From a virus: 64,000 bases of DNA. The notes below the pieces were generated by a model that saw nothing but the letters and a program-made list of their open reading frames with translations, had not been told where the DNA came from and ran no database searches. Position numbers and translations under genes: made by a program. This document shows positions 1-10,200 of the stretch, in pieces. The stretch covers positions 32,001 through 96,000 of the IMG/VR virus record IMGVR_UViG_3300044724_004793; one strand, written 5' to 3'. Numbering within the stretch: the first letter of the stretch is position 1; the number at the start of each line of letters is the position of its first letter.

Positions 1-369
1 TTTAAATGTACTAAACACACCAGGATGTAATGGTTTGGGCCAGCCTTCAATAGATACCCAAGCATATCCTTTGTGTTCGTCGTTAAGCGTGGGAATGAAT
101 TCATTCTCTACTACACTTATAAACGTGTGATATTCAAATTTTTTATTTTTACTTGTAAATTTTTCTATAGGAATGTGTTTACTTATTGGCGGCTCAAATC
201 CAACTTCTTCTACAATCTCTCTTGATAGCCCTTGTATAGCACTCTCATTGTTTTCTACCTTGCCCCCTACAAACGCCCATGTGTCGCCATAACTGTCTTT
301 ATTGCGTAATAAAAATAGATAGCGTTTTGTATTTGTAGCAAAAAATATAGTACCAATGTTTTGGTTCAT
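1..369 (-). CDS. NUDIX hydrolase (3' end truncated by window edge)
   Basis: Manual translation MNQNIGTIFFATNTKRYLFLLRNKDSYGDTWAFVGGKVENNESAIQGLSREIVEEVGF carries a Nudix box (GGx5Ex7RExxEExG). ATGA overlap with the upstream gene. Confidence 0.9.
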   Translation of the reverse strand, partial: MNQNIGTIFFATNTKRYLFLLRNKDSYGDTWAFVGGKVENNESAIQGLSREIVEEVGFEPPISKHIPIEKFTSKNKKFEYHTFISVVENEFIPTLNDEHKGYAWVSIEGWPKPLHPGVFSTFK

Positions 370-1772
370 ATAACTAGGGACCAGTCCCCTGCTCTGTATT
401 CGCCTTCATAACTCTTTACCCAAGAAGACCCGTTCCATTTATACTGGATACCAGAAGTTATGTTTGTTGTATATTGAACACCCGATTCACTACTACTGTC
501 AAACTTTACTTCCCACTTGGTGCCATCATACTCAATAATATCATTAGCACCAGCAACAAAGTCTACATTTGCAGTACTTTTCCATGCGTCTGCACCGTCT
601 GTGTTGCTGCTATCACCAATTGCATTAAGAATTAAATAACGTTGTCCAGCACTTGATGCGCTTAACCCAGCCCCTGGAGCATTGTTTAAAGGATTAATAA
701 TTTTTAGTACAGAAGTTATTGTGTTTGTTGGTTTTGTGTCTTCATTAATTGTAAACAACAACTTGTAATCATCACTTGGATGGTGCGCAACAGTTCCTAT
801 AATCTCACCTGTGCCGATTTCCAGTCTAAGTTGGCTTATACCTGCTTGGAGAGCTCCATATTGATTTATTAATGCTTTCCAGGTAGTTTCTTCTGCGGAT
901 GCTGGAATCTTTGTCGGAGGATCATTCAATGGATCGTAATCAACTTTGTTAGTAGTTGTTTCTTCCCTGTGTAATATTGTTACTTGATTTCCTATTAGTA
1001 ATATACCAAAGTTCATAGGGGTAAACTTCATACGTTCACCTAGTAGTATGTCGTTATCAATAACACCGTCGCTGATGCTGCCGCTTTCGTCATATATACT
1101 TGCAACAATTTTTTGTACAACTCCAAGTTTTTTAACTTTACTAGGTGCTGTTAACCATATGGGTACAGTAAATGTTAGTGTAGCGATATCAATCGCATCA
1201 TCAACACCCACAGGAACTGCTCTACTACTCCATTGTGTTTGTGTAAGTTCAATATAACTTAGGCTTGTCCAGTCTAAATAGTTATCTGTGCTTTGTATTT
1301 CTAGCGCAGGATTAAATAAAACCAATAATTGTTCTAATAGTTGTAGCTTTTGCGTAGTATTACTTGTCCAGATATCTACATTTAATGTAAGTTGATATGG
1401 CACAGGCATCATGCGTTCTACGGTATATGCATTGCCTTGTGTGGTTAAATATTCTCCAGTATTGTGGTCGTATTTTCTCATACGGATGTGCTGTTTATCA
1501 ATAAATGCTGGGTCCTGCCTACGCTCTGGCTGATACTCCATTGCCGCCACATAACAACTGAGCATAGGAGTAGGAACTACTTTGTTTTCACTATTTTCAC
1601 GTATAATACTAGACACCATACGAGTAGCATCTCCATATTTTACTGGTACTGTAAGTAGAGTAGTGTTACCAGCACGATCCTTGCCGTATTCAACTTGAAA
1701 GTTACTGAATACTCTTATAAATTGTAGTAAGAAACGCCTTACTTGCTCATCATAAAAAAATGTTTGCGCCAT
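366..1772 (-). CDS. tail completion / sheath terminator protein (T4 gp15-like) with C-terminal extension
   Basis: FFYDEQVRRFLLQF...VPVKYG...MPVPYQLTLNVDIWT...QLLEQLLVLFNP matches the gp15 pattern. Adjacent to the neck gene. Confidence 0.75.
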   Translation of the reverse strand: MAQTFFYDEQVRRFLLQFIRVFSNFQVEYGKDRAGNTTLLTVPVKYGDATRMVSSIIRENSENKVVPTPMLSCYVAAMEYQPERRQDPAFIDKQHIRMRKYDHNTGEYLTTQGNAYTVERMMPVPYQLTLNVDIWTSNTTQKLQLLEQLLVLFNPALEIQSTDNYLDWTSLSYIELTQTQWSSRAVPVGVDDAIDIATLTFTVPIWLTAPSKVKKLGVVQKIVASIYDESGSISDGVIDNDILLGERMKFTPMNFGILLIGNQVTILHREETTTNKVDYDPLNDPPTKIPASAEETTWKALINQYGALQAGISQLRLEIGTGEIIGTVAHHPSDDYKLLFTINEDTKPTNTITSVLKIINPLNNAPGAGLSASSAGQRYLILNAIGDSSNTDGADAWKSTANVDFVAGANDIIEYDGTKWEVKFDSSSESGVQYTTNITSGIQYKWNGSSWVKSYEGEYRAGDWSLVI

Positions 1773-2956
1773 TAACTATCTTCCTTGGCTTGTAGTACAC
1801 TGCTTAGTGCTTGTCTCTGGCTCATAATAGTATTGTCGTCTCTTGTAGTAGTAGCACTATTATTAATAAACCCATCACGTAACGTGTTTCCTGTGCCTGG
1901 TGTGAGTTTGCTACGCACATCATCTTCTACTTTGACCCAGCGTGTTCCGCCGTATCTAAACAGCCTGTTGGGCAAAAAGTCCAATCGTAGTATATAGTCG
2001 CCTTCGTTTGCACTTGCAGGAAATGCAGTGCCCATTTCTATTGGATAACCGTTGGGAGCAAGTCCATCACCAACCAGATACCCGCCATAGGCTTGTGTAT
2101 TTTCTGGACTTATTCTTGTACTACTTGCATCCTGCACGTCGCTATCTGCTGTAACTGAAGTACTATCAGCATTGTGCCCTTTTGGCTCTAAGGGTTTGCC
2201 TGTGCTATCTGCAGGAACAACATAATATTTGCTAGTATCGTACCCACTTTCCGGAACTTCTGCCTCTGCTTGTTCTACTACCTTGTTAGTAACTTCTAGC
2301 TCTTTCTGATAAGTGCTTAATAAATCACGTAAGGTACTGCCAGTGCTTTCACCATCAGAATTAACTTCAATCTTGTTGAGTATGTCATTGTACTCCTGAC
2401 TATCTACTAATGGGGTAGCCTTAACACGCCAAAGGTGTGGCCACCAGGTAGGGGAATACCCTTCAGTTGGGCGGGTGCCTTCCTGAATAACATAGTATCT
2501 TTTTAGTGCTACCTCAAGACTTGTGTCTAAACTATTATAATCTTTTAAGTGCGGCAATTCTAATACATCACCACTCATTAGTCTGCGTCCGAGTATACGA
2601 TCCATGTCTGCCATATGGAATGTTATGAACAGTGTATCATTTTGCAGGAACAATCCAAACTGACTCAAATCAAAGTCTGTGTCTGCTACATTGTATATGC
2701 CACGCATATTATATACGTCAGTGTCATATTTGCGGTCTCTGTTCTCTAAAAATAAGAAATCTTGTATGGCTAGTGGATCATCTTGTGTCGCCTGAGGCTG
2801 ACTAGCATCATCGCTTTTGCCCTGATCTAATATGCCTAGGTATTTGTGTACGTTGATACCCGTACCGCCCACAGTAAACATTTCTGATATACGGCGGTCA
2901 AAAAACTTAAAATCGTTGGTGTGAGCACCATCTTTCCACAATGAGAGTCTAGGCAT
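1772..2956 (-). CDS. neck / head-closure protein (T4 gp14-like)
   Basis: DLSQFGLFLQNDTLFITFH...GDVLELP resembles gp14. Co-oriented with the gp15-like gene, with a late-promoter-like ATAAATA upstream. Confidence 0.65.
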   Translation of the reverse strand: MPRLSLWKDGAHTNDFKFFDRRISEMFTVGGTGINVHKYLGILDQGKSDDASQPQATQDDPLAIQDFLFLENRDRKYDTDVYNMRGIYNVADTDFDLSQFGLFLQNDTLFITFHMADMDRILGRRLMSGDVLELPHLKDYNSLDTSLEVALKRYYVIQEGTRPTEGYSPTWWPHLWRVKATPLVDSQEYNDILNKIEVNSDGESTGSTLRDLLSTYQKELEVTNKVVEQAEAEVPESGYDTSKYYVVPADSTGKPLEPKGHNADSTSVTADSDVQDASSTRISPENTQAYGGYLVGDGLAPNGYPIEMGTAFPASANEGDYILRLDFLPNRLFRYGGTRWVKVEDDVRSKLTPGTGNTLRDGFINNSATTTRDDNTIMSQRQALSSVLQAKEDS

Positions 2957-2994
2957 AAAAAATATCCTTATCGTATAGTATTTATGGCAAAAAT

Positions 2995-3024
2995 GGTTGA
3001 CGCTCTTGTACTATGTGCTAATAT
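2995..3024 (+). promoter_or_regulatory. early sigma70-type promoter
   Basis: GGTTGAC-N17-TAATAT with TGTGC before the -10. The motif is repeated before other small genes. Confidence 0.8.
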
Positions 3025-3052
3025 GTATATATAGGAAATGAGGAGCAAGCAT

Positions 3053-3280
3053 ATGTTTATAAGCGAATGGAAGAAGTCGGATTGGCGTTCAACGGAAACG
3101 TGGGAGTCAGTCAACTGTTCAACTGGCGATGTAACAATCACCAAGATTGGCAATGGATTCATGGGTCGCGACCCCAACGGAATGCTGGTTTCACAGTTTC
3201 CTAATACCTGGGAAAACACTGTTCGGATGATGGAATCTTGCTTTGATTGGCGTGTAGATTTAGGCGAAAAAATAGCCTAA
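3053..3280 (+). CDS. hypothetical early protein
   Basis: ORF with GAGGAG SD and its own promoter. Confidence 0.75.
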   Translation: MFISEWKKSDWRSTETWESVNCSTGDVTITKIGNGFMGRDPNGMLVSQFPNTWENTVRMMESCFDWRVDLGEKIA

Positions 3281-3283
3281 AAC

Positions 3284-3313
3284 GGTTGACGTTCCCTATA
3301 TCTGTGCTAATAT
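3284..3313 (+). promoter_or_regulatory. early sigma70-type promoter
   Basis: GGTTGAC-N17-TAATAT, ATCTGTGC extended -10. Confidence 0.8.
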
Positions 3314-3343
3314 ATGTATAGTTAAACAACAAGGACCAAGCAA

Positions 3344-3685
3344 ATGAACAAGGTTTATGCAGTTATCGAAGACTTAGACAACAAGCGCAACGAGCAGGGT
3401 TTTGAAACTCGTTGGAGCATGTTCAACGAAGAGATTGTTGACCTCAACGACCGTGTTGTTAACGAAGAGCGTGATATGTATCGCGTAACTTATCGTGCTT
3501 TTGACGAGAACCTGCAGGAACACGAGTTCAGCTCGTTCACTGCTACCAACACTGTAGAGGGTTTTTGGAGAGCGGCTGAGTCCGTTTTCCAGCAGGCTAA
3601 ACGTGAAGTTGGTGACTGGCATGTGTTCGTTGAGTGCTTTGAGCTTGTTGAAGACGGTAGCTTCCGTCTTAGCACTGGTTCATAA
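3344..3685 (+). CDS. hypothetical early protein
   Basis: 113 aa ORF, AAGGA SD, own promoter, biased codon usage. Confidence 0.8.
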   Translation: MNKVYAVIEDLDNKRNEQGFETRWSMFNEEIVDLNDRVVNEERDMYRVTYRAFDENLQEHEFSSFTATNTVEGFWRAAESVFQQAKREVGDWHVFVECFELVEDGSFRLSTGS

Positions 3686-3686
3686 A

Positions 3687-3716
3687 GGTTGACAGAACTT
3701 ATATCTGTGCTATTAT
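3687..3716 (+). promoter_or_regulatory. early sigma70-type promoter
   Basis: GGTTGAC-N17-TATTAT, ATCTGTGC extended -10. Confidence 0.8.
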
Positions 3717-3746
3717 AAAGCATAAGTTAGAATTGAGGAGTTACAG

Positions 3747-4025
3747 ATGAGCAAAGAAGTATCAGACATTGAAGTGCACAACGGTTTTGGTGTAGGTCAA
3801 TTGCAAACTGCTTTCGATAAGCTCACAGAAGGCATGGACGATTGGAAAATGCCTATCAATACCAATGTCCACATTGGCGAATGGAAACTAATGATTGCAG
3901 CTTGTGAATTTTTTACTGGCAGCAAATTATGGCAGGTTAAGGACCTAGGCCTAGGCATGATGCATGTTAAAGCAGACGGTTACTACAATACCATAGTCCA
4001 GTTACCTGATCAAACAGGAGCCTAA
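3747..4025 (+). CDS. hypothetical early protein
   Basis: 92 aa ORF with GAGGAG SD. Confidence 0.8.
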   Translation: MSKEVSDIEVHNGFGVGQLQTAFDKLTEGMDDWKMPINTNVHIGEWKLMIAACEFFTGSKLWQVKDLGLGMMHVKADGYYNTIVQLPDQTGA

Positions 4026-4026
4026 T

Positions 4027-4197
4027 ATGGCAGTAATCTTCGATTTTAAATCTCGCAAGAGAATTAACTTAAATACATTACAGCGTGAATGGGTAGAGTC
4101 AGTTGCACACGAAGCAATTGATAATCTGGACACTGCTGATATTATAGGTCTCATAGAAGGGATGGAAGAATACTATGGCGATAAAGACCCGACGTAA
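4027..4197 (+). CDS. small hypothetical protein (56 aa, not in ORF track)
   Basis: MAVIFDFKSRKRINLNTLQREWVESVAHEAIDNLDTADIIGLIEGMEEYYGDKDPT. Preceded by GGAG and fills the gap between neighbours. Confidence 0.65.
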   Translation: MAVIFDFKSRKRINLNTLQREWVESVAHEAIDNLDTADIIGLIEGMEEYYGDKDPT

Positions 4198-5380
4198 AAA
4201 AGCACCCAGAGTCCGAGCGCACAAAACTGGTGCAGCGGCAGTTGATACTTCAAAAGGGTATTTGGTCTTTCAGAGGCTCTTCAACGCCAACGTAGACGGT
4301 AAAGATAGTGGAAACATTATTAAGTTATATGTACGCAAAAACTTTAGTAAGCCTATAGCGCAGGCTATCCTTAAGAACCCAGAATTTAGCTGGAACACAC
4401 AAGCAACCGGCGCCTGGTGTTACTGGACATCACAATGTAGTGATGTGCCGTTTGCGGAAGGGTACCTAGGGCCATGTGCCGGTGCTGAAACTGATGAAGC
4501 AAGCTACAAGCAGAGCTGTGAGTATTATAATACTAAGTTTAATAATCTAGCAGAGTCTGGTGAATTAATTGTTAAGGCAACTAAAGCTGAAGAAAAGAAA
4601 AAATCTAAAGTATACACTCCTGGTATACAAGAGCGTATGCGTGAGCAACTCAGTGACATTGTTGGAGAGTTTGAATCCTGGATAGACGAACAGCCCAGTA
4701 AAGATATTCCCAAGATGTTTGACTGGCTCAAAACAAATAATGTAGCACAGGCACACATTAGTAAGATCCGTGAGTACTACGCACCTATTCGCGCAGAGTA
4801 TGAGATGCTTGCTAATATGCCTACACCTGCTAAAATTAAAAAGATGAGTACAGCAGAGCAGGATAACTGGGAACAAATCAAAGAAGCATACTCGTTCCTA
4901 TCTAAAGATGATATTAAATGCTATATTAAGTGGTTGGACGTACTAAACTCTGATCTAGATGCTTATACGAATCTTAAACGGGCTACACGTAAAACTCGTG
5001 TGAAAAAGGCGCCCAGTGCTAATAAGCTGATATCCAAACTCAAGTACAAGAAAGATGACAGTCGTTATAAAGTTGTTAGCGTTAATCCTACTGCAATTAT
5101 AGGCGCCACAGAGCTATGGGTATTTAACACTAAGACCCGTAAGTTAGGCAAATATGTAGCAGAAGCTAATCAGGATCTTAGTGTAAAAGGCACTACCTTA
5201 CAGTTTTTCGATGAGAAGCTGAGTGTGTGTAAAACACTACGCCGCCCTGAGCAACAGCTCGCTGAGTTTGGCAAAGCAGGCAAGGTTGTTCTCCGTAAGT
5301 TCTTGGGAAACATTAACGCAACAGAGACAAAAATGAACGGAAGGTTAAACGAACACATTGTTCTACTGAAGGTTTCTTAA
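4175..5380 (+). CDS. conserved hypothetical protein of T4-like phages (basic C-terminal domain)
   Basis: 401 aa ORF. The C-terminal ELWVFNTKTRKL...LSVKGTTL...KTLRRPEQQL...NGRLNE segment resembles proteins recalled from T4-like phages. Confidence 0.7.
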   Translation: MAIKTRRKKAPRVRAHKTGAAAVDTSKGYLVFQRLFNANVDGKDSGNIIKLYVRKNFSKPIAQAILKNPEFSWNTQATGAWCYWTSQCSDVPFAEGYLGPCAGAETDEASYKQSCEYYNTKFNNLAESGELIVKATKAEEKKKSKVYTPGIQERMREQLSDIVGEFESWIDEQPSKDIPKMFDWLKTNNVAQAHISKIREYYAPIRAEYEMLANMPTPAKIKKMSTAEQDNWEQIKEAYSFLSKDDIKCYIKWLDVLNSDLDAYTNLKRATRKTRVKKAPSANKLISKLKYKKDDSRYKVVSVNPTAIIGATELWVFNTKTRKLGKYVAEANQDLSVKGTTLQFFDEKLSVCKTLRRPEQQLAEFGKAGKVVLRKFLGNINATETKMNGRLNEHIVLLKVS

Positions 5381-5404
5381 TAAATACTATATAAGGAACT
5401 TATT

Positions 5405-6163
5405 ATGGCTGTTGATCTAACATCTCTCAGAAAAGACATACAAGACTACATTTATTTCCGTTTAGGCGGTGATATGGTAGACGTAGAACTTGACCCATCA
5501 CATTATAATATGTGCATTGATCAGGCTGTTAGAAAGTATAGACAAAAAGCACAAGGTGCTACAGAAAGCAGCTATGTTTTCCTTGAGATTGTAGAGGAGC
5601 AGCAGGAGTATATACTGCCAGATGAGATACAAGAAGTACGTCAAGTATTCCGTCGCAGTGTGGGCAGCGGGTCAAGCGATACAGGAACACAGTTCGAACC
5701 ATTTGAAGCAGCCTTTGTAAACACTTACTTGTTACAAGCAGGCCGTGTAGGTGGACAAGCAACATATGAAATGTACTATCAGTATCAGGAATTGAGTGCA
5801 AGGCTGTTTGGTGGGTTTGTAAACTTTGATTGGGACCGTGTAAATAAAAGACTTACACTGCTACGTAAGTTTTCAGCAAGTGGTGAATCTGTAATACTCT
5901 GGTGTTATAATACACGCCCAGATACTACATTACTACAAGATAAAAAAACACAACCTTGGATACAGGATTATAGCCTGGCATTAGCCAAATATACACTAGG
6001 TGAAGCACGTAGTAAGTTCAGTACCATTGCGGGTCCGCAGGGTGGCACTAGCATGAACGGCGACACACTCAAAGCTGAAGCACAGGGCGAAATGCAACAA
6101 TTAGAAGTAGATCTCAGAAATTATGTTGATGGCAGTGATCCACTTAGTTTTATTATTGGTTAA
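5405..6163 (+). CDS. neck protein (T4 gp13-like)
   Basis: RLGGDMVDVELDP...WIQDYSLALAK...G..RSKF...PQGGTSMNG..LKAEA...FIIG matches the gp13 pattern. Late promoter ATAAATA at ~5380. Confidence 0.8.
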   Translation: MAVDLTSLRKDIQDYIYFRLGGDMVDVELDPSHYNMCIDQAVRKYRQKAQGATESSYVFLEIVEEQQEYILPDEIQEVRQVFRRSVGSGSSDTGTQFEPFEAAFVNTYLLQAGRVGGQATYEMYYQYQELSARLFGGFVNFDWDRVNKRLTLLRKFSASGESVILWCYNTRPDTTLLQDKKTQPWIQDYSLALAKYTLGEARSKFSTIAGPQGGTSMNGDTLKAEAQGEMQQLEVDLRNYVDGSDPLSFIIG

Positions 6164-6191
6164 TTATACAAAATAATGTTATAATTAATAC

Positions 6192-6809
6192 ATGATTATA
6201 GGATTAATTGGATTCATAGGGTCAGGCAAAGGCACTGTAGGCGACATGCTCTCAGAGCAAGGGTTTACGCAGGCTAGTTTTGCACAACCATTAAAAGATG
6301 CTACAGCAAGTATCTTTAATTGGGACCGTGAACTACTAGAAGGCATCACAGATGCTAGCAGAGCCTGGCGAGAACAAGTAGATCCCTGGTGGGAAGAACG
6401 GTTGGGTATACCCGATTTTAGCCCACGACTAGCATTGCAATTAATGGGCACAGAAGTTTTCCGCAATCACTTTCATCAGGATACCTGGATTCTAAGTATG
6501 GAAGCAAAACTTAAAGATACTACAAACGATTTTGTCATAACAGATGCACGGTTTCCTAACGAAATAAACATGATCCGCAATCAAGGTGGCGTTGTGGTGC
6601 GTGTTAAAAGAGGCGACGATCCAGAATGGTTTAGTTTAGCAGAGACTGATATTGATGCAATGCCTCAGGTATATCCAGATATACATGCTAGTGAGTATAG
6701 CTGGTGTAGTGTTACGCCCAATTATCTTATTACAAACGATACCACATTTGCAGATTTAAAAAATACAATTACAGATCTTCTAGCAGATCTCCACGATTCC
6801 AACCAGTAG
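6192..6809 (+). CDS. deoxynucleoside monophosphate kinase (T4 gp1-like)
   Basis: N-terminal GFIGSGKGT P-loop, SFAQPLKD, PRLALQLMGTE, VITDARFPNE, HASE. Confidence 0.9.
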   Translation: MIIGLIGFIGSGKGTVGDMLSEQGFTQASFAQPLKDATASIFNWDRELLEGITDASRAWREQVDPWWEERLGIPDFSPRLALQLMGTEVFRNHFHQDTWILSMEAKLKDTTNDFVITDARFPNEINMIRNQGGVVVRVKRGDDPEWFSLAETDIDAMPQVYPDIHASEYSWCSVTPNYLITNDTTFADLKNTITDLLADLHDSNQ

Positions 6810-7110
6810 TGCTTACTTCTACATTACAATTTAAGCACAACGTAATTAAATTCTGTATGCTAATGTGTTCACGATTTCCGTCAACATAATAAACTGTCAT
6901 TTGTTCTGGTAATTTAGGATCAAATCCGCAGTTTTCACATTTTGATTTCATTCTATAGCCAGCTAAAAACCACCTAGGAAACTTATTAGTAGGTTGCTTG
7001 TTTTTTTCTTTATTGCATTTTTCACATAGTTTTCTATAATAAATTTTGCCGCTGCGGTGATAATTAACAGCGCACGGGGTAATTCTACATGTCGAACATA
7101 AAGGTCTCAT
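6769..7110 (-). CDS. zinc-finger / degenerate HNH-like protein
   Basis: Likely start MRPLCSTC. Four CxxC pairs and VYYVDGN..N..NLITLCLNC, an HNH-like segment without the catalytic His. Confidence 0.7.
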   Translation of the reverse strand: MRPLCSTCRITPCAVNYHRSGKIYYRKLCEKCNKEKNKQPTNKFPRWFLAGYRMKSKCENCGFDPKLPEQMTVYYVDGNREHISIQNLITLCLNCNVEVSTTGWNRGDLLEDL

Positions 7111-7228
7111 AGTACTCTTATTTACACGATTTATACGAACCTTTAAAGGGAGTATACTAATAGCCTGTTTTTCAGTACATTTAATAAATACTATTACATA
7201 ACAGACTCTGTTTAAGGATGAAAATATC

Positions 7229-10200
7229 ATGGCATTAGTATCACCAGGCGTCGAAGTTACAGTAGTTGACGAAAGTCAGTACGTACCAGCAGACCAAGGA
7301 ACAGTTGCAAGTATTATTGTTGCAACAGCACAAGACAAAACAACAGGCAGTGGCTCAGGCACTGCCGTCGGAACAACAGCCGCTAACGCAGGCAAAACAT
7401 ATCTCATTGGCAGTCAGAGAGAACTTACCTCTACATTTGGAAACCCAAGTTTTTATACCACAGCAGGAGGTACTCCTATTCATGGATATGAAATTAACGA
7501 ATACGGATTGATGGCAGCACACAGTTTGCTTGGCGTAAGTAACAGAGTATATGTTACTAGAGCCGATGTTGATCTTGGAGAGCTTGTAGCAAGTACAAGT
7601 AGGCCAACAGGTAATCCTGCAGCCGGAACAGTTTGGTTAGATTCAAGTTTAGATAGCCGATGGGGTATTTTTTCCTGGAATGCTAGCACAGGCGCCTTTA
7701 CAAATAAAGTGCCTACTGTTATTACTAGCACATCTGATTTAGACGGTGGTGTACCGAAAACATCAATTGGTGCTATTGGCGATTATGCTATTGTAGGAAC
7801 AAATGTTGCTAATCCAGCATACTACAAAAACCGTAGTAACGCCTGGGTATTGGTTGGTAGCACAGGTTGGCAACAATCATGGCCTACAATTTCAGGCACA
7901 ACTGCTAGTCCAACACTAGTAAACGGTAATACTATTGTTATTAATAGTTCAACTGTTACACTGAGTGGAACAACAGCAAGTGCCCTTGCAAGTAATATTA
8001 ATAGTGCGGGCATTACAGGTGTTACAGCAGCCGCAGTTGATAACAAAGTTGAAATTTATGCTACAAGTTCAGCAGCAAGTGATGGATCAACTACAGATGG
8101 CAAAGTTGTACTTGCTAACGGATCAGGAACAATTTTAAGTCTTTCCGGACTTACTGCAGGAACATATGCGTGTCCATTGGTTCAACAGAGCCAGCACTTT
8201 ACGGTTCCAGAGTGGAAGTCAACAGATACTACACCACGCCCAAGTGGAAGTGTTTGGGTTAAAACTACTGCAAATAATCTTGGTGCAGATCTAGATGTTG
8301 GAGTTTATGATACAACAACACAACAGTTTGCCACTGTTGATGCTCCACTTTATGAAAATGATCAAACCGCTCTTAAGAACTTGGACAGCACAGGCGGCAA
8401 AGCAATTGCAGCGGGCGTTTATTACACACAATTTGATGTTACAGAAAACGACACAGTTACATATAAATTATTCAGTAGATTTGCAACTGGAGTTTTAGAA
8501 GTTACTGGTAACGTTGATGCAGCTACGCCACTTACTGCAAGTGATCAATTTACTATCCAAGCAAGTGCAGCTAATAGCACAACACTTACATCAGCAGCAA
8601 CAGTAACAATTAGTGGTACTTCATTAGCAGATATTGCAAGTGACATTAATGGAGCAAACGTTGCAAACGTAAGTGCAGAAGTAACATCTAGCGGTTTTCT
8701 TAAAATTAAACATGCACTAGGTGGTATGCTTATTTTAAAAGATACAACAGGTACTCCGTTAACGGATGCAGGCATTGTTACAGCAATTACTACTGGACAA
8801 GTTCGTGCAGGTAATAGCAGTGACTTAATTGTAAGTAACTGGGTTGCTCCAACTTACACAATTAGCACAAGTTCACCAAGTTCTGATCCAGCAGACCAGC
8901 GTTATTGGTATCATGGAGGGCTTGATGTCGATATTATGATTCATGATGGGGGCACTTGGAAAGGTTATCAAAACGTAACCAGTGATGCACGTGGACACAA
9001 TCTTAGTAATACGAGTCCAAATGGTGTAATTATTAGCGCAACGGAGCCACTTACTCAAAGCGACGAAACAACTGTTGTGGTAGGTGATCTTTGGTTAGAT
9101 TCAAGTGATCTCGACAACTACCCAAAAATTTATCGTTACGAAACAGTAGACAGCGAAAACGTATGGGTACTAATTGATAACACAGATCAAAACACAGAAA
9201 ATGGTATTCTGTTTGCTGATGCACGGTTTATAGGCGATACAACAACTGACGTTGTTACAGGAACAATTCCAACAACTAAGACATTGCTAACAAGTGATGT
9301 TGTTGATATTGACCGTCCAGACCCAGCAATTTATCCACGTGGTATGCTACTGTTTAATACACGCCGTAGTTCCTATACTGTTAAACAATTCCGTAGCAAT
9401 TACTTTAGTCGTACAAACTTTAGTGATACTACACTGTATCCAACACTTCCTACAGAGAAGGATGCATGGGTAACAGCAAGTGGTAACAAAAATGATGGAT
9501 CACCCTACATGGGACGCAAGGCTGTACGATCAGTTGTTTCAGCAGCAATGAAGTCAGCTATTGATGCTAGTGAAGAACTACGTGAAGACAGCAGAGACTT
9601 CAACGTTATTGCAGCGCCTGGATATCCAGAGCTAATTGCTAATATGGTAAGTCTAAACAACGACAGACGTAATACAGCATTTGTTGTAGGTGACACACCA
9701 ATGCGTCTAGCAGCTATTGGCAGTACACTACAAAATTGGGCAACCAATGCTAACAGTGCAAGTGATAATGGCGATGATGGATTAACAACTACTGATCCAT
9801 TCCTCGGTGTGTTCTACCCCGCTGGTCAAACAACAGATCTAAGCGGTTCAACAATTACTGTTCCAGCAAGTCATATGATTCTACGTACTATTGCACGTAG
9901 CGATGATCAGAGCTTCCAATGGTTTGCTCCAGCTGGTACACGCAGAGGCCTTGTTGACAACGTTGGTAGCATTGGGTACATTAATAGTGCAACTGGCGAG
10001 TTTGTTACAGATAACGTTCGGGAATCACTACGTGACACGCTATACACTAACAATATTAATCCAATTACATTCTTTAATGGTGTTGGCATTCTTAACTATG
10101 GTAACAAAACAAATGCAGCATCTACTAGTGCATTAGATCGGATCAACGTTTCAAGATTGATTGCATACCTACGCAAGACTTTACAGCGTACAGCAGTTGG

